Positions 38,836 through 47,643 of a stretch of DNA of 64,000 nt are shown here, in pieces; the first letter of the stretch is position 1, and every line of letters begins with the position of its first letter. The notes beneath the pieces are model-generated. The model was not told where the DNA came from. It was given only the letters and a program-made list of their open reading frames with translations, and did no database searches. Position numbers and translations under genes: made by a program. Source of the stretch: a virus; IMG/VR virus record IMGVR_UViG_3300022752_000023, positions 32,001 through 96,000 of that record; one strand, 5' to 3'.

Positions 38836-39258
38836 TTAGAGAGTGTGTCGTCTACGAAAACCGTGATCTAACTCCATTTGCCGCGCGTCAACTGGCGCAG
38901 CGTCTGGATGTTTTTCTTTGACGTGCATGCTCAACGCTACCGCTGAGCGAAATTTTGTTTTGCATGTGTCGCAGCTAAACGGTTTTTGACCCAGATTAGC
39001 CGCGGCGACTTTTTCTGCCTTTTTGTATGAGCAACCCGTGCGGCGCTTGTGGCTTTCTTCAATCTCTGACAAACCACCGCCGCAAGCGTTACACCGCGGG
39101 GCAGACGCACGCTGCGTTTCAAGAAACCCAAGGTAGTTGAGTTTGTTGCACGAAATGCAACGCATGCTGATTAGATTGTGCCCTGTAAGAAGCACGCTGC
39201 GCTTACCGCTACCGGTTGCGCTTTTTCCACCGAAATCGTTTATTCGCTTTCGGGCCAT
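38836..39258 (-). CDS. Zinc-ribbon plus classical C2H2 zinc-finger protein
   Basis: CISC...CNACGG and GQKPFSCDTCKTKFRSAVALSMHVKEKH. Confidence 0.75.
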   Translation of the reverse strand: MARKRINDFGGKSATGSGKRSVLLTGHNLISMRCISCNKLNYLGFLETQRASAPRCNACGGGLSEIEESHKRRTGCSYKKAEKVAAANLGQKPFSCDTCKTKFRSAVALSMHVKEKHPDAAPVDARQMELDHGFRRRHTL

Positions 39259-39494
39259 TGTTGGCGTTCTTGCCTCGTGGGAATCCTTTTCGGGTATTTC
39301 TCTGGATGACAAACCTGACAACGCGCGCGAGTACAACCGCAGCTCCGCAAAGTTTTACGATACCGTCCAGCTTCGCGCGCGGTTTGTTCTGCGTTTTCAA
39401 CCCAACTACCAAACTCCAACCACCCGGCATTAATTTGTCGGTGCTGTTTTACTCGGCGTTCGATGATGTGTTTTTCGGCGTGGTAGCGTTTCAT
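39240..39494 (-). CDS. Small basic Cys-rich phage protein
   Basis: CGCTRARCQVCHP...PTRQE. Confidence 0.65.
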   Translation of the reverse strand: MKRYHAEKHIIERRVKQHRQINAGWLEFGSWVENAEQTAREAGRYRKTLRSCGCTRARCQVCHPEKYPKRIPTRQERQQWPESE

Positions 39495-39497
39495 GTT

Positions 39498-39950
39498 TTA
39501 TCTGCCGTCTGTTTCGCAGTAGATTACAAATGTACAACCGCACTGCTGCGCAAGCCTTACAACGTTTGGCGCGTACACAGAGACGATTTTTGTTTTGTCT
39601 ATTTTGTTATCAGCGATTAACGCTAGAAGACCCAGCTTTGCAATTCCGCGTCGCCGGTATTCAGGGTCAACAAAACATTCGACCGTTTGTACAACTGTCG
39701 GGCGACCTTTGAAATTTTCGGTCCACGGGCGCGTTCCAACCCAGCCTGCTAGCGTTTCGTCTACCCAGATGAGCGCGAGGGCCATTTCTGGGTGCGGCTG
39801 CTCGTGATTGACGTGCAGATAACGCTTAGCGAGTTCTTTTTGAATTGAGCTGTCGCTGCCAGAATCCGGCCACGACAATCTTGTCATGATCGCCGTCACA
39901 TCGACCAGCCCGAGGCGGTTGATATCTTTGATTTTGATCGAAATATCCAC
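39498..39950 (-). CDS. GNAT-family acetyltransferase
   Basis: Motif A CFVDPEYRRRGIAKL. Confidence 0.85.
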   Translation of the reverse strand: MDISIKIKDINRLGLVDVTAIMTRLSWPDSGSDSSIQKELAKRYLHVNHEQPHPEMALALIWVDETLAGWVGTRPWTENFKGRPTVVQTVECFVDPEYRRRGIAKLGLLALIADNKIDKTKIVSVYAPNVVRLAQQCGCTFVIYCETDGR

Positions 39951-39972
39951 AGCTGGTCCTCCGTGACCAACT
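39951..39972 (-). promoter_or_regulatory. CsrA/Rsm-type hairpin over the GNAT Shine-Dalgarno
   Basis: AGTTGGTC-ACGGAG-GACCAGCT immediately before the GTG start. Confidence 0.55.
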
Positions 39973-39988
39973 ATGGAGTATACATTAG

Positions 39989-40192
39989 CGCGGTAGGCGG
40001 GAGTCGAACCCGCTGCAGTAGATTTTCGGCCCGTCCGTCATTTCGGCAATTAAGTATGCGCACTTTTGCACACCGGAGATCAATCCGGCGGTAAATCACT
40101 CGCTCGCATACACCGGCTTCGTCCGCTCAGGTGATCAACCCATATCCGTCTACTGCATCAAGCGTTAAGCGCGCGCCCCGCGCATCTACCGC
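39989..40192 (-). ncRNA. tRNA-like (tmRNA-like topology) RNA of 204 nt
   Basis: Acceptor GCGGTAG/CTACCGC, T arm GCGGG-TTCGACT-CCCGC, and a 9-bp TGCAGTAGA/TCTACTGCA helix enclosing about 125 structured nt. It lies 4 nt downstream of tRNA-Thr. Confidence 0.7.
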
Positions 40193-40196
40193 AAAG

Positions 40197-40267
40197 AGCC
40201 CCCAGAAGGAATCAAACCCTCATCGGCTGATTACAAATCAGCTGCATTATCATTATGCTATGGGGGC
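40197..40267 (-). tRNA. tRNA-Thr(TGT)
   Basis: Acceptor GCCCCCA/TGGGGGC, D stem GCAT/ATGC, anticodon arm GCTGA-TTTGTAA-TCAGC and a variant T loop TTTGATT. Confidence 0.88.
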
Positions 40268-40690
40268 ATTTTTATTTGGCCATTTGAACTGTTTAGCTGT
40301 TTTTCGTCTGTGGCAATTTGCGCAGCGAACGACGCATTTTTTTATTTCGTGTGCTACGGCTTTTGCGCTGCAGTTTTTAAGTCGCGACACACTGTTTAGT
40401 TTTTGTCCGCGAACGTGGTCAAATTCTAGTACAACCGGATCGCTTTCACCGCAATCGACGCAGGGGTGTGTGCTTAAATATTCGCAGATAAACTCGTGCG
40501 CTTTGTTTCGTGCTGCTCGACGATTTAGTTTTATGTACTGCCGCCGGTGCGGGTGCTCGGCGTAATGCTCGCGATCGTACTTTTGTTTGCACGGCCGGCA
40601 CATACTTGCGCAACCCGTCTTTGTTGCCGCGCGTTTTTGAAATTCTGTATACGGTTTTGTTTTTTTACACCGCGTACATTTTTTTTGCAT
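40253..40690 (-). CDS. Free-standing HNH endonuclease overlapping the tRNA-Thr 5' end
   Basis: CTRC...CRPC; PCVDCG...LEFDHV...EIKKCVVRCANCHRRKT. Confidence 0.9.
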   Translation of the reverse strand: MQKKCTRCKKTKPYTEFQKRAATKTGCASMCRPCKQKYDREHYAEHPHRRQYIKLNRRAARNKAHEFICEYLSTHPCVDCGESDPVVLEFDHVRGQKLNSVSRLKNCSAKAVAHEIKKCVVRCANCHRRKTAKQFKWPNKNAPIA

Positions 40691-40747
40691 GTCGTCGTTC
40701 CTCCATGAACGTACGACAATTTTAACAATTACAAATCAAGACTACAA
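40690..40747 (-). promoter_or_regulatory. Promoter (TTGTAG-17-TAAAAT, extended -10) plus a Shine-Dalgarno hairpin for the HNH gene
   Basis: TGTCGT(A)CGTTC-ATGGAG-GAACGACGACA reaching into the ATG. Confidence 0.55.
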
Positions 40748-40748
40748 G

Positions 40749-41216
40749 TCATTTAAAGGCTGTTATTAAACCAGTTGGCCAATGGTACGGCAAGTCGATA
40801 GGTTCTTGCCAACCGAACCGCGAATAGTGGCGAAAGTCTTTGCGCAGTAGATTGCTGCGGTGGCTGGCATGAAACTGCGCGTCGCCAATCCACGGCGGAT
40901 ATACGTTGCGTTCGATTGTGTCGCGCAGCGCTGTGTAGCTGTCCATGAACTGCGGGCACAACGTATCGTTAAACCCGCGGCGTATCCATTCGCGGCACAC
41001 GACTATGGCGTATACGGTTAGCGCTGTCTCGTATCCAGCCCACATGCGCACGGCCGGATGATTGCGCCAGCTACTTGTTCCGGGCTCGTGTTCTCCTACC
41101 GGAACGCCAAGGCAGAGTAGGATCTGCTTACATTCAACCCTTTGCTTGCCGAGCCTTTTGTTATCAAGGCAAGCGGCCGAGTGTTTAAATCTCGGCAGCG
41201 GCAGGAAAGTTTGCAT
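40749..41216 (-). CDS. Pyrimidine-dimer DNA glycosylase/DenV-like (MSMEG_6728 family)
   Basis: MQTFLP...LDNKRLGKQRVE..QIL...WRNHPAVRMWAGY...EW..RG..D...PPW.G....H.SHRSNLLRKD..HY. Confidence 0.9.
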   Translation of the reverse strand: MQTFLPLPRFKHSAACLDNKRLGKQRVECKQILLCLGVPVGEHEPGTSSWRNHPAVRMWAGYETALTVYAIVVCREWIRRGFNDTLCPQFMDSYTALRDTIERNVYPPWIGDAQFHASHRSNLLRKDFRHYSRFGWQEPIDLPYHWPTGLITAFK

Positions 41217-41220
41217 TTAA

Positions 41221-41535
41221 TCAGTCGTCAAACTCGTCGTCAAAGTTTTCTTCGTATTCAGGGTCGTCATCCTCTTCGTCCTCGTATTCTTCGTCCCAGT
41301 CTTCGTCGTCGTCACCCCACTCTTCGTCTTCCTCGTCTTCTTCTTCGTCATCGTCGTCTGTGAAGACGTAGTTGGGTTTTGGAAGATCAATGTCGCTGTC
41401 TTCATCGTCGTCGTCATCGTCGTCGTTGACAAATTGCCACTCTTCTTCGATGAAGTCATCATCGAGTCCGTCGTCATGGCGGGCGGCTGTCTCATCTACT
41501 TGGCGGCGAAACGACGTCGATTCAAAGTAGCGCAT
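41221..41535 (-). CDS. Extremely acidic small protein
   Basis: 104 aa, mostly D/E, with interspersed aromatic residues. Confidence 0.65.
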   Translation of the reverse strand: MRYFESTSFRRQVDETAARHDDGLDDDFIEEEWQFVNDDDDDDDEDSDIDLPKPNYVFTDDDDEEEDEEDEEWGDDDEDWDEEYEDEEDDDPEYEENFDDEFDD

Positions 41536-41537
41536 AG

Positions 41538-44170
41538 TTATCCAATGTCCCGGGCAAGGTCAGCGGCAGGTAATAAATACTGATCGCACCAACTACTATC
41601 GACGAGAATACCCGGCAGGTTGCGCACAGCTTCCTCTCCGCCGAAAACTCCGCGACGCGTCAATAGTTTAACAAGCCACAACCAATTTGGGGCTATAGCT
41701 TTTTGATCGTAAAAATAGCGGTCGATTGCCCGCTGGTTCAGCCACCAGTGCGTTTTTTTACGCACAATGTAGTTTCCGGGTTGACCAACTTTTCTCGCGC
41801 GCGGCAAAACCGCGAGCGCGCCCGTCTGTACGGCTTTTGTTAACTCGTCGAAAAAGGCCGTATCTGCTTCGTTTTGTGTGATTAAATGGTTCTGTGCGTA
41901 TTCCAGTTGAAACGCGTCTCCGTACGTCTCTAGCAGCCAGCCGTGCATATCGGTCAGCGCGGCCAGCGTGGTGATTGGGTTTGAAAGGCTGATGCGCATA
42001 CGCTGGCGTAGCGCTCGCTGGATGTACGCCGGCAAGATATAAGCTAGCGGCGTAAAATCTGTTGTTGCCGCGGCGGCGCCTGTAATTATTTGCCAGCCGT
42101 ATGTTGGCGCAACTGTTGCAGCTGTTGGCGTCAAATGAACAAGCACCGGCCTGTTGTGGCACCGCGGGACTGTAGGGCTTAGGCTTGCCGCGTCAAATAC
42201 GCTGGCTACGGTTGTTGGCCACTCTAGCTCAGCCGTGCGCTCATACACTGCGGCGCTGACGGACGCGCGCCGCAAGATATCAATTCGCTGATGCGGGCAC
42301 CCGAGCGCAGCGGCGACACCGAGCGCAGCTGTAAATCCATCGCCTGCGATACCGGTAGCGACGGGGTCGCGGCGCAGTACGGGGTCGACAAGGTTTGCTG
42401 TGATCGCCGCTGCGACGGTCCATACAAATGCGTTCTCTGGGCTGGGCGTAAGGAACTGCCTAATTGCGGGCGGGGCTACAGCGACCGGTTCATGAAACAC
42501 AGCGTGTTTATTTTTTTCACTGGGCTGATTCGGCGCAGACGGGGTGCCGTCGGCGGCCAGTTCGTAGTTTGCAAAACGGAACACGTTAGCTCGCTCGTCC
42601 CAACCCAAGCGGTTAGAGACGCACACGAGTTCTGGTTTGCTCAGCCCGATCGCTATTAGATGACTGCGGCTGTTCCAGCGGCTGTCGTACAGCATTACTT
42701 TTTTATGCGACGCAACAACTGCGGCGGCGTACGATAACAACCCGGCGCGTTCAATTTTTGACGCGCTGTCGGCAAACGGTATTTCTTCGCCCGCTAGATA
42801 GATTGTTCCGGTGTATGTTTTTTCTCCGTCATCGGCTTGCGTTATTTTGTTGATAACAATATTCGCGTCGCAAATATGCTGGTTTGTGACACTCCACCAT
42901 CCGTCCGCCTTTGGAATGACGGTGCGCTGCCACGGCTGCGGGATAGTCGGTGTGATGTTTTTTGATGTCTTGACGTGTGTCAGTACGCGGTCCGAAAAAC
43001 CGGGTGAAAAATTTTTGCCGATTTTTGTCAGGAACGGTACGAGCTTATCTGGCGGTATTGTGAGCCGAGTAGCGAACGAGTGTGCAGCTATCTCGCTCAT
43101 CTGACTCAACGCGCTGGCGAGTCGCGTCTGCCACGTTTCCGCGTTTTTACGAATCGATACCAGCCGACTCATGGCTTCTGTCGCCAGTCGGTTTTTTAGT
43201 CGTTGGTTTTGCGCAACTATCGCCACATAGCCGCGAGCATTAGCCCGCGACTTATTAACTCAGGCGATACCGCGTGGCTTTGAAAAATACGCGGGACCGG
43301 AGTAAACGCGCACCAACTTCCGCCCCAGCTGTTCGCCTCGACTCCGGTGTAGCTCGCCATGACCGGCAGTAGCGGCAGCCCGTGGCGTAGCATTTCGCAC
43401 TGCATGCTCAGCGCCCACATCGGATCGTCGACAACGAATTGCGTGCTTTTCAACGGCTCTGTCGCGGGCGATAACGCCGTGCGCAGCAGAAAGTATCCAG
43501 CTTCTGGCCGGCTGCGGCGGTATTGATTTAGCGCGATGAAATTTTGTTTGGCCGTAAATTTTTCATCGTACTGGACGACTAGAAAACCCGTCAGTCGGCC
43601 GGGTAGATCGTAATACGGAAACACGAGGCTGGCGCTGTTATCGCGCAGGGGGCTGATTAGCGGTCGGCGAACAAACCGCTGCAGTGAATCCAGCTGTTCT
43701 TTATACGCAACTCCGACAAAGCCAGCTGCGTTGATTTCTGGATATACGCCAAGCTCGCGAAGGCGGCAGGCGATAATATCGTCGTGATGCCCCCAGATTT
43801 GCGCCTCAACGTCGAACCAAAACTGCTCGAATTTTTCAAAGCGTTCGATGGCCCGGGCGTACTCATTTGCGGCGTTATCTTTTTCTGCCGGATTTATGGC
43901 GTTTAATTCGATAAATCTGGCAATAGCGCCGTCTGGGGTTGTATTCCATAATGCCGCGCTAAACGTTATGATATCTCCATGGGCCAAGCACGAATTACAA
44001 TGTAGCCAGATCCCGTTTGTGCTTGCGTCGTCGAACAGGTGTAGCGTATTTTTTTGACATAGCGGACAGCTGACGACGGCCGGGAAAACCAACTGGTCCG
44101 GCGCGATGCCCAACGCCGACAGGGCAACAGCGTGGTGTTGGCGGCCAATTAAACAGGTAGGAAATCCCAT
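41538..44170 (-). CDS. Primase-like/replication protein split by an apparent frameshift near 43245 (ORFs 43217-44170 and 41538-43226)
   Basis: N-terminal CPLC...HCNSC..HGD zinc-binding domain and LVFPYYDLPGRLTGF resemble DnaG-like proteins. The downstream ORF has a DUF927-like RLGWD...F.F motif. Confidence 0.5.
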
Positions 44171-45350
44171 GACAAATACCCCGCTCGATCAGGCACATGA
44201 CGTTAGTGGCCGCGAAACACACCGGCTCACCACCCTGTACCCGCAGCCTGATTTTGTTAAGAATGCCGCGCAAGACAGACTTAACGGGGCTGCGGATTTA
44301 CCACGCCATTTATACGCTGACCAGCGCCATAAACTTTATCCGTGCCATACCGCCCCTGCAACATGGCTGTCGGCGCTTTTCTTTGCGGACAAGCAGGCGC
44401 AGTTCTCGCCGAACGACGCGGCGGCTATTAAAACTAGGATACACCAAGCGGCTGAGTATTTTGGTATTCGCGGGGCCGTGGCCGAGATGGAAGAGAAGGT
44501 CGCGGCCAGCGCCACCCAAGATATCAATACCCTGCCGGACTCGGAGTTTGCCGTCGTGTGGGTTGGCGAGGACGGCTCAAAGGAGCGTCACTGGCCGCTG
44601 CGTAACGCCGAGGAAGTTAAGTTTGCGGCTGCGCATTTCAAGGCCCACCGCGACGATTTCGTATTTGACGACCGACATGTAATCGCCACAAAGATCCTCG
44701 AAAAGGCGGCGCAATACAGCGCGGATGTTTTGGGGGCTGAGGGTTCGCTGGAGTTGGCTGCTGGGCTCGGGGCCTGCGCCGCCAAGGTAGCGAGCGACAT
44801 GATCAAAGACCGCGTACGGCTCACCCGCCGTCAGCACGCGCAGCTGGCTGGTGAGTTGTCCAAGTTAGCCGAGGTTATTGACCAGAACCCGGAAAGGGCT
44901 CGTACGGTTGAGATGCGGCTAAAGTTGGCGAGCGCGGTCGATAACTTCGATCGGAGCACGCAGCTCCATCGCCTGTATGCCGCCGGCGGGTTACCGCGGC
45001 CGGAAGAAGTCTTGTTTGCGATCACCGAAAAGGTGGCGCGCGACTTCTTGGAAAGCAATGTCGAAACCACCACGGGTAACGTATACGCGCTAGACGATCT
45101 GGAGAAACTAGCCGTAGACGACGTGCGCGAATGGCTGGGTGACGACTTTGCGGACGCGGTAAGCGCCGGGGGCGTCTACATGGACCGCGAGAAGCTGGCC
45201 GCGATTGTGCCCACGCTCGACCGCGGTATGGCCACTATGCTTGACCGGTTGATGCAGGAAAAGTCTGCGGCGCCGGTCGTGAAGTCAGCGTCGGCGACTG
45301 ACAGCCTTCTTCCGCTTGCCCGGCTTCATGAGCTTGCGGCTGGCGGCTGA
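44169..45350 (+). CDS. Putative virion/head-associated protein with two DUF6582-like repeats
   Basis: YADQRHKLYPCHT and LPDSEFAV...RHWPLRNAEEVKFAAAHF, plus multiple KxA motifs. Confidence 0.5.
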   Translation: MTNTPLDQAHDVSGRETHRLTTLYPQPDFVKNAAQDRLNGAADLPRHLYADQRHKLYPCHTAPATWLSALFFADKQAQFSPNDAAAIKTRIHQAAEYFGIRGAVAEMEEKVAASATQDINTLPDSEFAVVWVGEDGSKERHWPLRNAEEVKFAAAHFKAHRDDFVFDDRHVIATKILEKAAQYSADVLGAEGSLELAAGLGACAAKVASDMIKDRVRLTRRQHAQLAGELSKLAEVIDQNPERARTVEMRLKLASAVDNFDRSTQLHRLYAAGGLPRPEEVLFAITEKVARDFLESNVETTTGNVYALDDLEKLAVDDVREWLGDDFADAVSAGGVYMDREKLAAIVPTLDRGMATMLDRLMQEKSAAPVVKSASATDSLLPLARLHELAAGG

Positions 45351-45794
45351 CGCTTTCTTTTTTGGCTTTCGCTTTTTTACCGGCGGATTAAATAGCGTCC
45401 GTATACGGCTCAGTACGAACCTATCGGTAGTCCGCTTATAGTTTACGTCGTCCCACGCTTGATCGACTTGCTCGATACCGCGCCGCGAGGCTTCGATGTC
45501 GTGGGCTAAACTGTAGGCGGGGTTGTGCCATTTAAACGCCGCCTCTTTTTTCTCGCGCGTGTCGCACACCGACATTTCAAATACTTCGTGTGTGCGCCGG
45601 TCGATGATCATTTGCGCGCTGGCGACGATACCAAATATACCCTGATGTTTTGCTTCGTAGACTGCGTCAACAATCGCCGCGTTGTCGCCGTAACACGACC
45701 AGCAGTAGTCCACGACTTCTTGAATGCTGTAGTTGCAGGCACGAAAAAATTCAGCTATTCGCGCCAGACCGGCGTGATCTATTTTGATGCTCAC
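45285..45794 (-). CDS. Hypothetical phage protein
   Basis: YCWSCYGDNA...FEMSVCD...WDDV.Y; the GTG start overlaps the upstream TGA. Confidence 0.6.
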   Translation of the reverse strand: MSIKIDHAGLARIAEFFRACNYSIQEVVDYCWSCYGDNAAIVDAVYEAKHQGIFGIVASAQMIIDRRTHEVFEMSVCDTREKKEAAFKWHNPAYSLAHDIEASRRGIEQVDQAWDDVNYKRTTDRFVLSRIRTLFNPPVKKRKPKKKASAASRKLMKPGKRKKAVSRRR

Positions 45795-45921
45795 TTGAAA
45801 ACTAACTCCTTCAGTTTTGTTATCAATTCGCGCACACCCCACCGGGTCGGCGCCGGCACTGCGCGCGCCGGCACTTCGCCCGGCTCAATGTTTTGAGAAG
45901 ATAAGCCGCCCGACTGTTCGG

Positions 45922-46212
45922 CTAACCCGCTTCGACAGTATTCGAGGTAGAGTTGCCAGTTGTCGTAAGAATCTCTGTCTTCGGCTCGTTCGTATGGGAT
46001 GTAGGGTGGCTCGTCTGGGACTCTGTCGTTCCAGCCCATTGCTTTTTGTCCTTCTTTTTAGTTCCGTCAATTAACTCGCCGCGCACTATCGTTGTTGTTT
46101 GCGGCGCAGTTAATCCAATCTTGACTCGATCGCCTGTGATTCCCAAAACTTTCACAACGATTCCGTCGCCAATTACAACTTCCTGTTCTTTCTTCCTTGA
46201 GAGTACAAGCAT
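45922..46212 (-). CDS. csrA: Carbon storage regulator CsrA/RsmA homolog
   Basis: MLVLSRKKEQEVVIGDGIVVKVLGITGDRVKIGLTAPQTTTIVRGEL, with the Arg44-equivalent conserved. Confidence 0.93.
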   Translation of the reverse strand: MLVLSRKKEQEVVIGDGIVVKVLGITGDRVKIGLTAPQTTTIVRGELIDGTKKKDKKQWAGTTESQTSHPTSHTNEPKTEILTTTGNSTSNTVEAG

Positions 46213-46222
46213 CGTGTCACCA

Positions 46223-46894
46223 TCATGATGTGGCCGAACCTTGTAGCATTTTTACGACATACTCCGTGTTGCCGTTTTTTAGGTCCAGCGCGGTCAGTTG
46301 TTTGATAAGTAAATCCGTCTTCAATCGAATCGACTGGTTGATGTCTTCTGTCTTTCCGGCTTCAAGATCGTAGACCGCGTTAAACATCGTCGGGTCATCT
46401 GAGAAATCTGCGATATTCGGGCTTACCCGGGCAGCCCGCAGTGCAATGCGCAGGATATCCGGCGCGTTAATAATGCCCTCGCTGTCAAGCACAGCGCCGA
46501 TATAACCGCGAACTTCATCTGTAAACGGTTCAGGGTCGTCGTCTTCGGGCGGACTGATTAGCAGCGCCTCTGTGATTCCCCACGCCACTTCTTCAGCGTC
46601 TGCGGGGTCCCACATATCTGGTCGGTATGTGTCGCCGCCCATGACGTTGCAAAATGTCACAAAATCCGGCAGGCTCTTAAAGAACTTGTCGGTCGTGAGA
46701 ATCTGGATCGCCACCAGCAGCTTGTCGAGCGACAACTGCGGCAGTTCGACGTCAAACTCTTCCTCGATTTCGAGGGTGATTGTTGCCGGATCCCAATCCA
46801 GCGCTTCCACGCCGAACTTATCCAGAAACAGTGTCAGTAGGACGCTCGCAAACGTCTCCCTGCTTTTCCACGCTTCTTGCGCTATGGTTGTCAT
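46223..46894 (-). CDS. Conserved large-phage hypothetical protein
   Basis: LDKFG.E.LDWDP.T...EVAWG..E...F.DEV..YI...L..EG...AP.IL. Confidence 0.7.
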   Translation of the reverse strand: MTTIAQEAWKSRETFASVLLTLFLDKFGVEALDWDPATITLEIEEEFDVELPQLSLDKLLVAIQILTTDKFFKSLPDFVTFCNVMGGDTYRPDMWDPADAEEVAWGITEALLISPPEDDDPEPFTDEVRGYIGAVLDSEGIINAPDILRIALRAARVSPNIADFSDDPTMFNAVYDLEAGKTEDINQSIRLKTDLLIKQLTALDLKNGNTEYVVKMLQGSATS

Positions 46895-47378
46895 TGAGTC
46901 CAGCCCTGCTTTTGATGATCTGCACGCCCCGGCGGTACAGCTCACTTAGATTATACGCGATCGTCTCCAGCGGACGGCGCGGCAGAAAATCGCATGGCTC
47001 GCCGGACTCTAGCGAGATCCAGCCCATAGCGCCGGTCCACGTGACGTGCCGGCCGTCCGCGAACGCGAGCGTGGCGGAGCAGTCACCTTGGATATCTTCG
47101 ACGGGCAGGTCCATCTCGTGTCGAGTCTGGCGCAGCAGTTCGCCGATCATCAGCCGCTGTTCGCCCGACAGGAAATTTAGGTTTTCCAGCATGTCGGCAA
47201 GTAGCAAATAAAACACGGCCTCCGTATCGACAACCATCCCCGGGCTGTACGTCCACTGACGCTTTAAAACAGTCGTAAAAACGTTGCGAATTTGTAGCTT
47301 GCTTATTTTTACGACCTGCACTACCATGTCGAGCGTCAGGTCTACTTCTTTCTCGGAGGTACTTATGTCTGTGTCCAT
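46818..47378 (-). CDS. Hypothetical protein
   Basis: ORF collinear with the downstream gene; the start is uncertain. Confidence 0.55.
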   Translation of the reverse strand: MDTDISTSEKEVDLTLDMVVQVVKISKLQIRNVFTTVLKRQWTYSPGMVVDTEAVFYLLLADMLENLNFLSGEQRLMIGELLRQTRHEMDLPVEDIQGDCSATLAFADGRHVTWTGAMGWISLESGEPCDFLPRRPLETIAYNLSELYRRGVQIIKSRAGLNDNHSARSVEKQGDVCERPTDTVSG

Positions 47379-47643
47379 TATTGACGGCCTTTCTAATATC
47401 ACGCAGGGTCGTGCTGAGATCGTCGTCAGCGCCGATGGTATCGAGGAACTGCTGGCTGCTGCAACCGCTAATATGGTACTGCAGAAGGCTGCTGAGGCCG
47501 GCCTGCACCGCCCGGGCGTTTCTAGCGCCAGCGGGCCGTACCCGGTTGACGGCGAGGGCAAGACCGACGACGAGCTGATGATGGGCAAGCGCGGCCCTGT
47601 CGCGGGCTACCGCCGAGATTTTGTTATCTTGGCGTCGCTCTGA
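47365..47643 (+). CDS. Small hypothetical protein
   Basis: GGAGGT Shine-Dalgarno before MSVSIIDGLS. Confidence 0.65.
   Translation: MSVSIIDGLSNITQGRAEIVVSADGIEELLAAATANMVLQKAAEAGLHRPGVSSASGPYPVDGEGKTDDELMMGKRGPVAGYRRDFVILASL

Noticed and set aside
39989-40192. Canonical tmRNA or intron-containing tRNA
   Set aside because: There is no G3.U70 pair, no clear tag ORF and no reconstructable anticodon loop, and the insert lacks group I core motifs.
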